This document shows positions 8,866-20,285 of a DNA stretch of 64,000 nt, in pieces. Position 1 is the stretch's first letter, and the number at the start of each line of letters is the position of its first letter. Source of the DNA: Candidatus Latescibacterota bacterium (GTDB lineage: Bacteria; Latescibacterota; UBA2968; GCA-2709665); contig CBDDDZ010000003.1 of NCBI GenBank assembly GCA_965226795.1, forward strand, positions 1 through 64,000. The letters are read 5' to 3'. A model generated the notes under the pieces. That model ran no database searches, had not been told where the DNA came from, and was given only the letters and a program-made list of their open reading frames with translations. The position numbers and the translations under genes are program-made.

Positions 8866-11400
8866 TTGACCGATCAATGCATGCTACAAAACAACGCCCT
8901 TTGTCTGAAATGGGAGGGTGGGGATCTGCAGGTGGAGAATCGGCTTTCGGGCACGCGCCGCTCGTTTGACTTTCCGGCATTCATGATCCGTCTGGGAGAC
9001 GTGGAGATTCCGGCCGACTGCTTTGTCCGGACCGGTATGCAGTCTGGTACGGATGAGGTGGCGTTCGACTATCGGCACGACGCGACCGGCATTCGGGTCC
9101 GGGTGCGGTACTGGATCGATGGAGACAATCCCTGGTTCAGGAAGCAATTGACGCTTCAGGCGCCGGACAGTCCGAGCGCACCGACCCCGGACCGGCTCTG
9201 GGTGGACATACAGGAACAACCTCCGCGGCCGATTCGGCGGGTCGGATACGGCGTCCGCGGCGGGCCCGACGTAGAAGAACAGACCGGGCTCGACTCCTAC
9301 GCCCCCCCTGTACCGGGGTGCGGGTATCCGGTCTGGGCCGGTGACTGGTTCGCCGGTCTGGAGCATCCGGTGGGGTTCGCCGTTCCGGGAGAAAGGCTGG
9401 AACTCTTCCACCACCCTGTATGGGACAATGAGCGACGCATCGAGAGCTACACGGCGGTCTACGGCGCGGCAGAAAGCCACGAGACCGTGCGAGACGCGTT
9501 TATGGACTATCTGTGGCAGATCCGCCTGCCCCGGCTTTCAAAACCGATTTTCCATCTTTCCGTGGGATGGTCGGTCCGTTATCTCGGAAACCGGGAGTAT
9601 ATCGACTCGTTCGAGATGAATCAGGCCTATGCCGAGGCGGTGTCGGACCTGGGTCTGAAGCCGGATTCCCTGGCGTTTGACGCGGGGTGGTTCGACCGGA
9701 AGTCCATCTACCGGCATAAGGGAGACGACGAGAATGACTCACGGCTTATCGCGTTTTCCGAAGACCTGAAACAGAAGGGGTTCTCGCTGGCATTGTGGGT
9801 GACCCATAACGGCCCCGTGGGTTTTGACACCGATTGGATCCAGGAACAAGGATGGCGCGTGGGTGAAGGTCCCGGCTCCTATGGAAGCGGGACGTTCGTG
9901 GTGATGGCGCAGCCGTCCTTCGAAGAGGCCCTGGCGCAACGCTGGGAGCGGCTGGTGAGAGACGTGGGAACCGTGCACTTGAAAATCGATTGGGACAACG
10001 AGTGCGCCACCCATCCTGAATTCCGGGACCGTTTCCCGACATCCGATCACATGCGTGAGGCTTCGGTAAACGCGTTCAATCGGATCGATCGCCGGCTGCG
10101 GGCAATTAATCCGGACCTGGTGACACGGAACGGGTGGTGGCCCAGCCCGTGGTGGTTATGCCTGGCGAACCACACGTGGCTGGTGCATTCGGGAGATTGT
10201 GAGTATGCGTCGTGGCCGTCTCGCACCCAGCGCGACCGGGCCCTGACGCATCGGGACGCGGTTTACTATCAGATCATGCGCCGGGCGGAAACGCCCATCT
10301 TTTTCGACGCGTACGACAATCACGAATTCGTGCAGGCATTGACCAACGCGTTTGCAGACCCGGACCATACGTGGCTGGACAACCTCGTGCTGGCGGCCTG
10401 CCGTGGCACCACCTATATGCCGATGCCGATAAATCCTGAAAGTTTGAGAGCGGAACGGGCTGAACAGCTTCAGGCGATGATGGACTGGATGCGGTTCAAC
10501 GCGGACCAACTTGGCACGAAGGGAACGCAAATGGTGCTGGGGAGTCCCGCCTTTGGCGAAGTCTACGGTTTCCTGCATCCGTCGGACGGAAGTGCGTGGC
10601 TCATGCTGCGAAATCCGTCCGTCGAGCCGCAGGCTGTGGACCTTCGCGTGGATTACGGGTTGGGATATGTGCCGGGCGCCATCCGACAGGTTTATCCTTT
10701 CTGGCAGGACCTGGAAGGGTCGGTGACGATGTTGGGTCACGAAGTACGGCTGCTGAAGATCTTCGCTGACAGGCAGGAGGACGTCTCTCCGATACCCGGC
10801 GCGCCGTTCATGGCGCGGCTATGCGATGGCGGGTGTGAATACCGTTTTCCAGGGGACCGGCGACTCACGGACGACGTGGGGCCGGTGGTGCATCCGGATA
10901 TGCAGATTCCCGGTCTCTCCGCCGAGGCAACGTGCGACGACCTGAACGACGGGATGCACAGGATGCAATGGTACGTCGCGGTTCCCCACCGGTTCGAGCG
11001 TCCGGAACTGCAGGTTGTCCTGACCGGGCCGGAGAAGGTGCTGGACAGCGTGGACGTCCGCGCCGGCGGATCGCGGTACCGGGGTGTGCCCGCTCGTTAC
11101 TCGTACGTGACCCAGCGCGTCCACCGGCAGGATCGCAGCGGCCACGGCACGTCCAGGTTTCTGCCTCCCGTGGGTCCCAGAGAAAGAGATGACTATCTCT
11201 TCGCCATTCACGACAGCGGATGGTCGTCCGTAACGGTGGATATTACGGGCGACGACCTGGAAGAACTGACAGTAAAAGCCTGGATCACGGGATACGAGGC
11301 GCCCGCCAGGCAGACGATTGTCCAGGATAGACCGCCGATGCCGGGTGCGCTGTTACCGATGCATCCGTATGGGTTTTCGAGATGTCTTGAAATCAGGTGA
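8866..11400 (+). CDS. Putative glycoside hydrolase (GH36/GH27-clan-like TIM barrel)
   Basis: AGGAGG then TTG 8866; FDAGWFD and HLKIDWD resemble the alpha-galactosidase DDGW and YxKxD motifs. Confidence 0.65.
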   Translation: MTDQCMLQNNALCLKWEGGDLQVENRLSGTRRSFDFPAFMIRLGDVEIPADCFVRTGMQSGTDEVAFDYRHDATGIRVRVRYWIDGDNPWFRKQLTLQAPDSPSAPTPDRLWVDIQEQPPRPIRRVGYGVRGGPDVEEQTGLDSYAPPVPGCGYPVWAGDWFAGLEHPVGFAVPGERLELFHHPVWDNERRIESYTAVYGAAESHETVRDAFMDYLWQIRLPRLSKPIFHLSVGWSVRYLGNREYIDSFEMNQAYAEAVSDLGLKPDSLAFDAGWFDRKSIYRHKGDDENDSRLIAFSEDLKQKGFSLALWVTHNGPVGFDTDWIQEQGWRVGEGPGSYGSGTFVVMAQPSFEEALAQRWERLVRDVGTVHLKIDWDNECATHPEFRDRFPTSDHMREASVNAFNRIDRRLRAINPDLVTRNGWWPSPWWLCLANHTWLVHSGDCEYASWPSRTQRDRALTHRDAVYYQIMRRAETPIFFDAYDNHEFVQALTNAFADPDHTWLDNLVLAACRGTTYMPMPINPESLRAERAEQLQAMMDWMRFNADQLGTKGTQMVLGSPAFGEVYGFLHPSDGSAWLMLRNPSVEPQAVDLRVDYGLGYVPGAIRQVYPFWQDLEGSVTMLGHEVRLLKIFADRQEDVSPIPGAPFMARLCDGGCEYRFPGDRRLTDDVGPVVHPDMQIPGLSAEATCDDLNDGMHRMQWYVAVPHRFERPELQVVLTGPEKVLDSVDVRAGGSRYRGVPARYSYVTQRVHRQDRSGHGTSRFLPPVGPRERDDYLFAIHDSGWSSVTVDITGDDLEELTVKAWITGYEAPARQTIVQDRPPMPGALLPMHPYGFSRCLEIR

Positions 11401-11452
11401 GACGGCGGACGAAAGAAGATTGCGATTGCCTATCCAAACAGGAGACTGAGAG

Positions 11453-12331
11453 ATGGCGTTGAGACACGATGCCGAACAGGACGTGTGGCACTTTGAGACG
11501 GAGCAGATGACGGGACACATACAGCCGGACGGGGACCGGCATGGGATCAAGGCGTTGACCCATAAGCCCACCGGGGAGCAGGTGGTGCATCCGAAGTACG
11601 ACCTCCTGAATCTGTTTTTCATGTTTTCACAGAATCACTGTATGGGGCAGGCCCGCGAGAACGAGCGCAGTATTACAGCCGAGGGCAATGCGATCGACGT
11701 ACACTGGGCGCCGACGGACGATCACAAGGCGGAGATGACGGCCAGGTACGAAGTTGTGGAACCCAACGCGGTGGATTTGTCGATAACCGTGGCGTCCAAC
11801 TGGCCGTACCCGGCTTATGAAGTGTTCCTGTCGAACTATTTCGATCTGTCGCTGAAACCGTACGTGTACGTTCAGGGCAGTCCGTTCGATATCCCGGCAG
11901 ACCAGGCGCGATGGATAGCGCCGGAAGTAAACGACGTATTTGTGGGAACGGGACTGGTATTCTCGAGGGATCAACACGCGGCCAGGCGGTCTACCGACGG
12001 GCGATGGGACCGAATCTGGGGCCTCTACCAGTGGAATCCCCAGCGCTATTTCGAATTTCCGGTGATCATGAGCGCGAACCTGGAAAAGGGCATTGCGGGC
12101 GTACTGATGTCCAGGCCCCGGGATTGTTACGCGGTGATCAGCGGGTACGAGAGTGAGAACATGAAAGATCCGTTCAGGGATCAGAACCCGCTCTACCTCT
12201 CGCTGTTCGGGGACGATTTCCGCGTTGGCGATGAACGGACCGTGGAGGTAAGGTTCGCCGTCACCGAGATCGATGAATCGATGGCCCAGCCCTTGGCGTT
12301 GTACGAGGCGTTTTTGGAAGAGAAGGGGTAG
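11453..12331 (+). CDS. Hypothetical protein
   Basis: 292-aa ORF with AGGAG RBS, co-oriented with the cluster. Confidence 0.8.
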   Translation: MALRHDAEQDVWHFETEQMTGHIQPDGDRHGIKALTHKPTGEQVVHPKYDLLNLFFMFSQNHCMGQARENERSITAEGNAIDVHWAPTDDHKAEMTARYEVVEPNAVDLSITVASNWPYPAYEVFLSNYFDLSLKPYVYVQGSPFDIPADQARWIAPEVNDVFVGTGLVFSRDQHAARRSTDGRWDRIWGLYQWNPQRYFEFPVIMSANLEKGIAGVLMSRPRDCYAVISGYESENMKDPFRDQNPLYLSLFGDDFRVGDERTVEVRFAVTEIDESMAQPLALYEAFLEEKG

Positions 12332-12337
12332 GTAAGT

Positions 12338-12440
12338 CGCGCTTGTCGAAACGTGGTCATTGCGTGCGTTGCCTGCGCTGAGCTTGTCGAAGCAAGCCTG
12401 TCGAAACGAGCTTGTCGAAATGCGCGTTTCGCTACCCGTG
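12338..12440. repeat. Second REP-like GYTTGTCGAA cluster
   Basis: Four GCYTGTCGAA units; shares two blocks with the 8.7-kb cluster. Confidence 0.8.
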
Positions 12441-13294
12441 AAGTTGAGGTTCCACCACCCCCCAACGTCCCCTATTCCCTTGCCCTTTTCGCGAGGCGGG
12501 GAGACGGAAGAGGTAAGACGGTAGAGGAAAAACCTTGCCACCTGATGTGGCGCCAAGCCAAATAGGATAGCGCCGGAACGCCATATTGAAATCTGTGCGC
12601 CATGGTCTTGAGATTGACACAACAGCGTTTCCACGTGACCCGTGCCTATTCAGTAGACATTGTTGTTACGGCAAATTGAACGACCAGGCACTCATATCGT
12701 CTCACTTTTTCCGTCTAACGTCTCACTGCCTTTGGAAGAAGGGCGCCTGCCTGCCGAGCACGGCTCGGCGCAGGCAGGCCGCTCGGCGCGGAGCCGGTTT
12801 TTCCGTGAATCACGCCAGGGAAACAAATGGGAATCGGGTGCCCTACCAGCCTCTCAGCTGAACCAATACAGCGGTGCTGGACGGAATAGCACGGAGAATC
12901 CGCCTCCGCCCGCGCAGCGGGTGACCTGTTGTTCCGGTGATTCTGCGGGACAACAGGGGACGTCTGTTTCTGGCGTTCGAGGCTGATGGTGAGCGGCGCG
13001 TTTCTTGCCGCGAACAAACCCCCCACGCCACCGGGCGGGAAGAGGTTAGACCCGAAAGGACCGCCGCGTGGATTTGCGCAGTACCGCCTTAGGCTGATTG
13101 CTGAAAGATGACCGCTGTTTTTGCTGCTTCTTGATGGCACCTACATACCCACTTACCCATCAAAAAGACACGGGTAGATGATTATGGAGTTTCCCCGGTT
13201 TAGGGGACTTTCGAGGGGAAAATGGGAATAAATCGGCCCAGAGAGATGAGTGTTTTCCCAGGGCGCTGTATTTTCCGAAAAAATGATCAGTAGG

Positions 13295-14629
13295 TTAATA
13301 ATAATGATTTTGCCGCACATCCTTAAGTTCTTTAGCAACAAATTCAATACTTAATGGGCAAAAGTTAAATTGTTCATAAAGTCGTTTTAGAATCGCATGT
13401 ACTACCTCGATAAGATTATTTTCTATTTCTTCTGATTTAACTGTCAACCCGACCGAATATTTTTCAATCTTACTTACATAAATATCTCTGCGGAGACCTG
13501 GTACTTCAGCATTGGCAATGTGACGTCCTTTGAGGCCCGTAAAATGAAATTGAAGTATAACCTGCTCTATTTTATCAAGAGTTTTCATATATCGATTAAC
13601 AAATAATATTCCTTCACCTAAACGCCAGATCAGTGAAGAGTCATAAAGTACCTTACCAGGTGGTTCCTGACTATCTTCACGATAACCACAAATAGTGTAC
13701 AACTTGCCATCAAGAGAAGCCCGCCAAAAATTACAGTGATGCGTCTCTTCAATTGATCGTTTATCATTAATTGGTATTCCAATATGCGCATTGATGAAAT
13801 CATCATACGGGAATGGCGCCCAATCAGAATTTTGTAAGATGGGGAATACAGGCCACCCCGTATGGTTAATTTGTCCAGCTTCATAAAGATGTGATTGAAG
13901 TTCGCTAACATTTTTAAAAGGAGTTGGGTTTAGTAAGGAAATAGACATTTCATAGTAGCCATGCGGAAATCGAATAGGAGAATTAGTGGGTTGGTCTGCT
14001 ACGGCTTTCTTCCAATAAGCACGAGCGTCACGGACAAATCTACGTAGTTTATCTATCTCATCTGGTTCTTTAGTTTCTGTTTCTTCAATATCTCCTGCTA
14101 AAGCTGTTCTAATTGCACTAAGTAGCTCTTCCTTATTGGCGATCACGCACCGCCTTAACAACTTTCGCCATTCTTCTGATGTCTTTGGCTCTTCACTTTT
14201 AGGACCTGGTTTACGGATATAACAACGGTGTTGTCGGATGATACCTTCACAAAGTCGTTTACTCATTATAGGTGTGGTTAATTCGGCTGGTACAATAATA
14301 ACGGGATGCATTACCTCTGTATCGGGATGAGGTATATTATGGACATTACACTGCAATTCTGGTTCAGCAAATCTATTAATCGCTTGATTTACTAAATCTT
14401 GAGTCACTTGTGGCATTCTATCTGGTTTTGGAACTGATTTGAGAAATTGATCAACTTCACCAAAACCCATAACTATGTAACTCCCACCATGGTTAGCGAG
14501 AGCAATAGCAGCCTTTGCGAGTTTTGCTTTATCCTCAGTAATTGATAAATCAAGCCAATCTTTATATTCAACAGAGAGATCTTCCCGTGGTTGTGTAACA
14601 AGCGATTTAAGTTCTTCAATAGGAGGCAT
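13295..14629 (-). CDS. Schlafen/AlbA_2 domain protein, candidate defence nuclease
   Basis: N-terminal EDLSVEYK..LAKAAIALANHGGSYIVMG is the AlbA_2 signature; strongly AT-rich relative to flanks. Confidence 0.85.
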   Translation of the reverse strand: MPPIEELKSLVTQPREDLSVEYKDWLDLSITEDKAKLAKAAIALANHGGSYIVMGFGEVDQFLKSVPKPDRMPQVTQDLVNQAINRFAEPELQCNVHNIPHPDTEVMHPVIIVPAELTTPIMSKRLCEGIIRQHRCYIRKPGPKSEEPKTSEEWRKLLRRCVIANKEELLSAIRTALAGDIEETETKEPDEIDKLRRFVRDARAYWKKAVADQPTNSPIRFPHGYYEMSISLLNPTPFKNVSELQSHLYEAGQINHTGWPVFPILQNSDWAPFPYDDFINAHIGIPINDKRSIEETHHCNFWRASLDGKLYTICGYREDSQEPPGKVLYDSSLIWRLGEGILFVNRYMKTLDKIEQVILQFHFTGLKGRHIANAEVPGLRRDIYVSKIEKYSVGLTVKSEEIENNLIEVVHAILKRLYEQFNFCPLSIEFVAKELKDVRQNHYY

Positions 14630-14798
14630 AAGACCAATCCTTAATTTTGAATTTGTCTACATCTGTGGGACGCCAATTCTTATCTCCTAAAAAGGAGGTG
14701 CCTTTTTGATGACCGGAGATCTCGGGAGATGTGGCTATTGAAGAGAATTAGATCTGTTATCGTGTTGCTGTACCGCCATCCCTCGACACTCATCAACT

Positions 14799-15568
14799 TC
14801 ACGGCATCCAGATATTCCACTTGCCGTATTTTTCCCAGATGCGGCAGGTGTCGCAGGCGCACATCCACCGGAGGGCGAAACGCGGTTTATTGCTTGTGTT
14901 GAGAGATCCGGCGTGCACCAAAAGATAATGAAAAAACAGTACGTCTCCCCGGGAAGGCGTCAGCTCAACAGGCTCTCCCAGATCGAACTTCTGCTGCGGG
15001 TTCTTTAAATCCGGCAGCATTCGATACCTGTCAGGGTCCTGCGCCGCCGTCTCGCGTAGCCTCCGGTGCGATCCGGGCCAGACAGCGGTACCGCCACCCT
15101 GAGCAACACCGGTATCGAGATACGTCAGCGACGAGACGCGAAATGATCCGGGAAAGACCGCGAAAGGTCGATGGACGCCGTCGGCATGCCCACCGAGATG
15201 ATTCCAGATTCCCGATACCGGAAATACACTCCGCGTCCACACTGCCTCGGGCTGTGGTTTCCGACAATGAAACGCCTCTGGATTTCTCCGGGCAAGTTGG
15301 CTTTGCACATCGTAAAACGCTGGTGTGCAACAGGCCAGCAACGCGGAGTCCTGGAGCCCGAAATGTTCAATCACACCCTGGCTTACGGCTGTCATCATCC
15401 CTTCCGGTTCGTCCGGCAACGGAGACCAAGACGCCGGATCGTTCCGATCCATACCAAGGACAGACCACATCGCGGTTTCGGCACTGGCAATTGTCGCTTC
15501 CGAATCAACCCGGACACCATCACGTACCCGTCCCGGTCATATTGCGCCAATATCTCTTGTGAAAGCAT
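14799..15568 (-). CDS. Phytanoyl-CoA dioxygenase (PhyH) family protein, frameshifted near 15501
   Basis: N-terminus MLSQEILAQYDRDGYVMVSGLI is in a different frame from the rest (GHAD, VWPGSH, GDVLFFH..HAG..N..R); one extra base restores LIPEATIASAETAMWS. Confidence 0.8.
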
Positions 15569-15604
15569 TAATATCTCCTGGATCGATTGAATTTTCTCTA
15601 AAAT

Positions 15605-15700
15605 TGGACACCGATATCCGTAATATGCATTTCGCTGAAAGTGTACGCAAGGAGCCAGAAGGGCCCCTAAAGGATGAACTTTCATCGTGCGGTAACGCTC
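15605..15700 (-). promoter_or_regulatory. Copy A of a dispersed promoter/operator-like repeat
   Basis: Minus strand TTGCGT(15650-15645)-17bp-CATATT(15627-15622), pointing at the PhyH start 15568; homologous to 21770-21872 and 24455-24556. Confidence 0.55.
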
Positions 15701-15894
15701 GGTAGTTTCATCGGAGAGCACACAGGTGACTGCTGTTCCCGTCAGTCCCTGGCGAATTGAGGAATTGGCCGAGAGACGCACATTGCGACGCGGTAAAGTC
15801 ATTGGACGGTGCCGTTCCTTGTGCGGAGCATTCAGGCCATCCGTCCTGAGGCTCCGGTGATGATGAAATACAATGATGGTGTGTCCCCAGCGCA

Positions 15895-18800
15895 ATGGCC
15901 GCTGAAATATGGAAACCAATGATCGAAAGAACATTCCAGAATATCTCTGAGGGCAAACTCAGCGAGGCAGATCAGCAGTCGTTCTTGGTCAGTTTAGATT
16001 GGTCGAGAGGGACGACATGGAAAAACCTTCTGCGCTCGAAGCGTGTGCTGATAATCTCAGAGGCGGGCGCGGGCAAGACGTATGAATGCCGAAAACAAGC
16101 GCGGCGTCTTTGGGATGCCGGAGAACCTGCATTCTTCATTGAGATGGCATCACTGGCGACGGGTGATCTACGCAGCCAGTTAGATGATAAAGAGGAAACG
16201 CGCCTGGACGATTGGCAATCCTCGCAATCCGACATCGCGACATTTTTCTTGGACTCTATCGATGAGCTCAAACTGACCCTCGGTTCATTTGAGCAGGCCC
16301 TAAAGCGCTTGAATAAAGGCATCGGTAGCCGGCTCGGCCGAGCCCGGATCGTCATTACGACGCGGCCGACCCCATTTGACGAACAGCTCTTGCGTAGCGT
16401 TCTGCCCGTACCTCCCGTGCCTTCGGCGGTGCCGAGTGAAGAATCGTTCGCGACGATCGCAATGCGTGATCATCAAACCCAACAAGCCGGGAACAATGAC
16501 GATCACGCCCCTCCCAATTGGCGAACTGTTGCGCTGATGCCGCTATCCGAAGAGCAGATTATCGAATTCTGTAGCGATCAACTTGTGGAGAACCCTGCCG
16601 CGCTCCTGGAGGACTTGAAGAGACGGAACGCAGAGGAATTCGCGCGCCGCCCGCAGGACCTAATCGAATTATGCGCGGATTGGCGAGAACACAACCACAT
16701 CCGCACTCATCGCGCTCAAGTGGCGGCAAATGTGCACATAAAGCTGCTGCCCCGAGACGACAGGCACGAGCCCGCCCAACTGTCTGTTGAAAAAGCCGTT
16801 GAGGGGGCGAGCCGATTGGCCCTCGCCATGATGTTCATGCGCCGAATGACAATCCGGCACAGCGCAGCGTCAGATATCATCGATGATGAAGCCGCCCTTG
16901 ATCCGGAAATCCTACTGTCGGATTGGAACCCGAATGAGCGGAAAGCTCTACTTGAACGGCCGCTCTTCGGATTTGCCTCGTACGGGCGCGTGCGTTTTCA
17001 CCATCGTTCCGTCGTTGAATACTTAGCTACAGAACGCCTTAGGGCGCTCCGTGCCATGGGCATGTCGTTCCGGGCTCTTAGGCGTTTGATCTTCGCGCAG
17101 ACAAAAGGCAAGACGATTGTCCGACCATCAAAACGACCGATCGCAGGTTGGTTGGCTCTCACAGAAAATAGAATATTCAAGATGCTTCGGGACAACGAAC
17201 CTGCTGTGCTTCTTGATGAGGGTGACCCAGAGGCTCTATCAAGACCGCAGCGCAGCCAAGCACTAAGTGCCTATGTGGAACGTTATGGTCAAGGCGGACG
17301 GCGAGATTTGAGCGTTCCATACATCCAGGTTCATCGTTTCGCGTCTCCCGAACTGGCAGACGACGTCAAAGAACTCTGGGCTATAGGTGTCGAAAACCCC
17401 GATGTTCGGGAGACACTCCTCTATCTCATTGAGGCGGGACGAATCGGTAATTGCGTTGACATTGCATATGGAGTTGCGCTTGACGTTCAGGCGTCAGTTG
17501 TAGAGCGGCTGATTGCTGTCGATGCGATGGTTGCGATGCGGGATTCAAGACTCAAGGACATCGCGTGCGATTTGGCGGCTGCTGATAGTCAATGGTCACA
17601 CGAACTCGCACTGGGAGTCTTGTCGCAGCTGTTTCCGAGAGATCTTTCGATCGACCAGTTTCTACAGACCCTGAGTTGGTTGAAAAATGGAAAGCGGAAT
17701 ATCCGCCAACTGAGTTGTCAACTACCCCGTCTAATCGCCAACACTGAGCTTGACCCGCAAGACCTTAAGGCGCTTCGCGACGGGCTGGTCAAATTACTCT
17801 CTACAGGCCTCCGCTGGCGACCGGAATGGCCACACATCGTATGTGATCGGTCGTATCTAAGCGGCGCATTGGCCGTGGTCTGCGTGCGCGGACTCGGCCG
17901 GAGGAAAACCGATGGCTGGCTGCATGCGAGCGTTCTAGCGCTTCGTCTGAAAGATGATCGCGAATACAGCAATGACGGAGGGTTCGTTGAGCTTCGCGAC
18001 CGACTGAAGAACTTAGCAGCTGAAGAGAACGCGCGCCTTTTTTTTGCGGAAGACGCCTTGGTTCAATCACTCCGCGCCGTCGCCGATCCCTGGCAGCGCT
18101 TCGCGGAAATCACGTTACACGACGGACCCGTCGAGCTTCGCTCAGATCGGGATCTGGACTGGATCAAGGAAGCTCTCGCCGACGCGGCCCGTTCCGAAAA
18201 CGACCGAGCTATGCTATTGGAGGCGGCGATCCGCCTACCGCCAAACCGAAAACAGTGGCGGGATCATGTGTCGGGCCTGAAGGCGCTGGTTGCCGATCGG
18301 CCAAGTCTCCTTGCAGTAATCGATGAGCGCCTGAAGCCATCGAAGCACAACAAGGAGCGAGAGTACTGGGAGAAAAAGAAGGCGGAGTGGAAAAAGAAAC
18401 GAGAGCGGCGAGCTGCCAAGAACCGTGCTAGTTGGATTCAGTTTTGGCGGAAAGTTGCGGAGCACCCAGACGACGCTTTCTCTTCCGAACATAGCCAGAA
18501 CACAGCGTGGAAACTTTGGCAGGTAGTGAGCCACGACGGCGAAGATAGCCGTACATCTGGGTGGAATCGGCGCTTTATTGAAGAGCACTTTGGAAAAGAC
18601 ACAGCGGACCGGTTGCGACGCACACTGATGGATATCTGGCGCAAAGACCATCCCACCCTCCCAAGCGAAAGACCGGAAGACCAGCGCGGAACCTATCTCG
18701 TCTGGTGGCAATTAGGGCTCGCCGCACTCTATGCGGAGGCCGAAGATCCTTCATGGGCCGAGAAACTGACCGACGAAGAAGCCAAGCTTGCCGCACGTTA

Positions 18801-20206
18801 CGCACCCATCGAACTCAATGGGTTGCCCAATTGGATGGAAAGTCTCGTCGATGTCCATCCAAGCGCGGTGGACGCAATACTTGGTAAAGAGTTGAGCTGG
18901 GAACTGAAGAGGGATCCTTCCGAAAATGGACATTCAATACTATTGCAAGACATTAGTCTCGCGCCTGAACCGGTCGCAAGATTGTTTTTTTCTCGACTTC
19001 GCAAATGGTTGGACAGGGGCGGAGATGTTGTCGATGATGCGAGCGACCTCGCTGGTTCCACGGAACGACTTCGGCAGGTAATCGGCATTATGCTAAAACA
19101 TGGCGACAAAGAAACGCGTGCGTACGTGCTCGCCATGGCGCATCGGCGTCTCCAGAAAGACCATCCAGAAGAGTCTGTTTTTATTTGGCTGCCGACGCTT
19201 ATGCGACTGGATCCCGCTCTCGGTGTATCCACGTTTGAGGATCGTATCCGTACGATCAAGCCGGGAGCTAATAGCGATGCGGTCAAATGGTTCAGCGTTC
19301 TATTCGGTGATCGTCATGATGCGATTAATCTGAAGACACCCGGCATTCACGCCGCAACTGCTCCTTCGACTGCTCCGCCTCTCGTATGAGCATGTCAGGC
19401 CGACTGACGATGTCGAGCACGAGGGACCCTATTCGCCCGACACCCGCGACCACGCCGAACGCGCACGAAACGAGATTGTGAGCGCGTTGTTGGAGGCGAA
19501 AGGCGAAAAGGGCTGGAAAGCGAAACTGGAAATGGCTAGTGATCCGCACTGCGCACATTTCAGCGACCGCATTATCGCGGTCGCTGAGGAGCATCGGGCA
19601 CTTGAGATAGATTCTGTCCCGTTCGACGAGGAGCAAGCCATTGCGCTCGACAGGACACACGAAGCACCTCCTGCAACAAACGAAGCAATGTTTGCCCTAA
19701 TGAACGATCGGCTGGATGAAATTGATGACCTTTTGCAACACGACGCATCGCCACGGGAAGTTTGGGCAGCGATCACTGACGAAAGGGTTCTGCGGCGCGG
19801 AATTGCACACGAGCTTGGAAATATTGCGAATGGTCTATACAAAGTGGACCAGGAAGCTGTTACGGCGGACGAAAACAGAACGGATATTCGTCTGCGTTCG
19901 GTAGTGTCAGAGCACGAAGCCGTGATCGAACTCAAACTCGCCGATAAACGGACGGCCAGCGACTTGCGAGACACGATCTATGGTCAACTGGTCACGAAAT
20001 ATATGGCGGCCGAGAAAAGAAAGTCAGGCTGCCTGTTAGTAACTCTGGCACGAGATCTGAATCGGAAGTGGAAACACCCGGATAGCGGAACCGATATCGA
20101 CCTACCTGAGTTGGAGACGCTACTCCGTGAGGAAGCTACACGCGTGGAGATGAAATTGGGTGGTGCACTAGCGCTGAGCGTTCGCGTTCTAGACCTGCGT
20201 CCCTGA
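15895..20206 (+). CDS. NACHT/STAND-like P-loop ATPase with C-terminal PD-(D/E)XK-like nuclease domain; single frameshift near 19340
   Basis: Walker A SEAGAGKT, Walker B FFLDSIDE, IVITTRP and RFHHRS; C-terminal E..RTDIRL..VIELKLAD..QLVTKYM; removing one C in ACACCCGGC joins ORFs 15895..19389 and 19478..20206. Confidence 0.8.
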
Positions 20207-20285
20207 TTGGATTCCCAGAAACTGCGAAAGAACAGCAGCGTGGGCATTGGGGTGCCTCAGGTCGGTTGGGCTACCCCCCAAGAAA

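Noticed and set aside
12600..13290. Possible ncRNA or gene in the long intergenic stretch; palindrome near 12745-12780; 18-bp match of 13114-13131 (rc) to 34442-34459
   Set aside because: No recognisable RNA family or credible ORF; the matches are too short to interpret.
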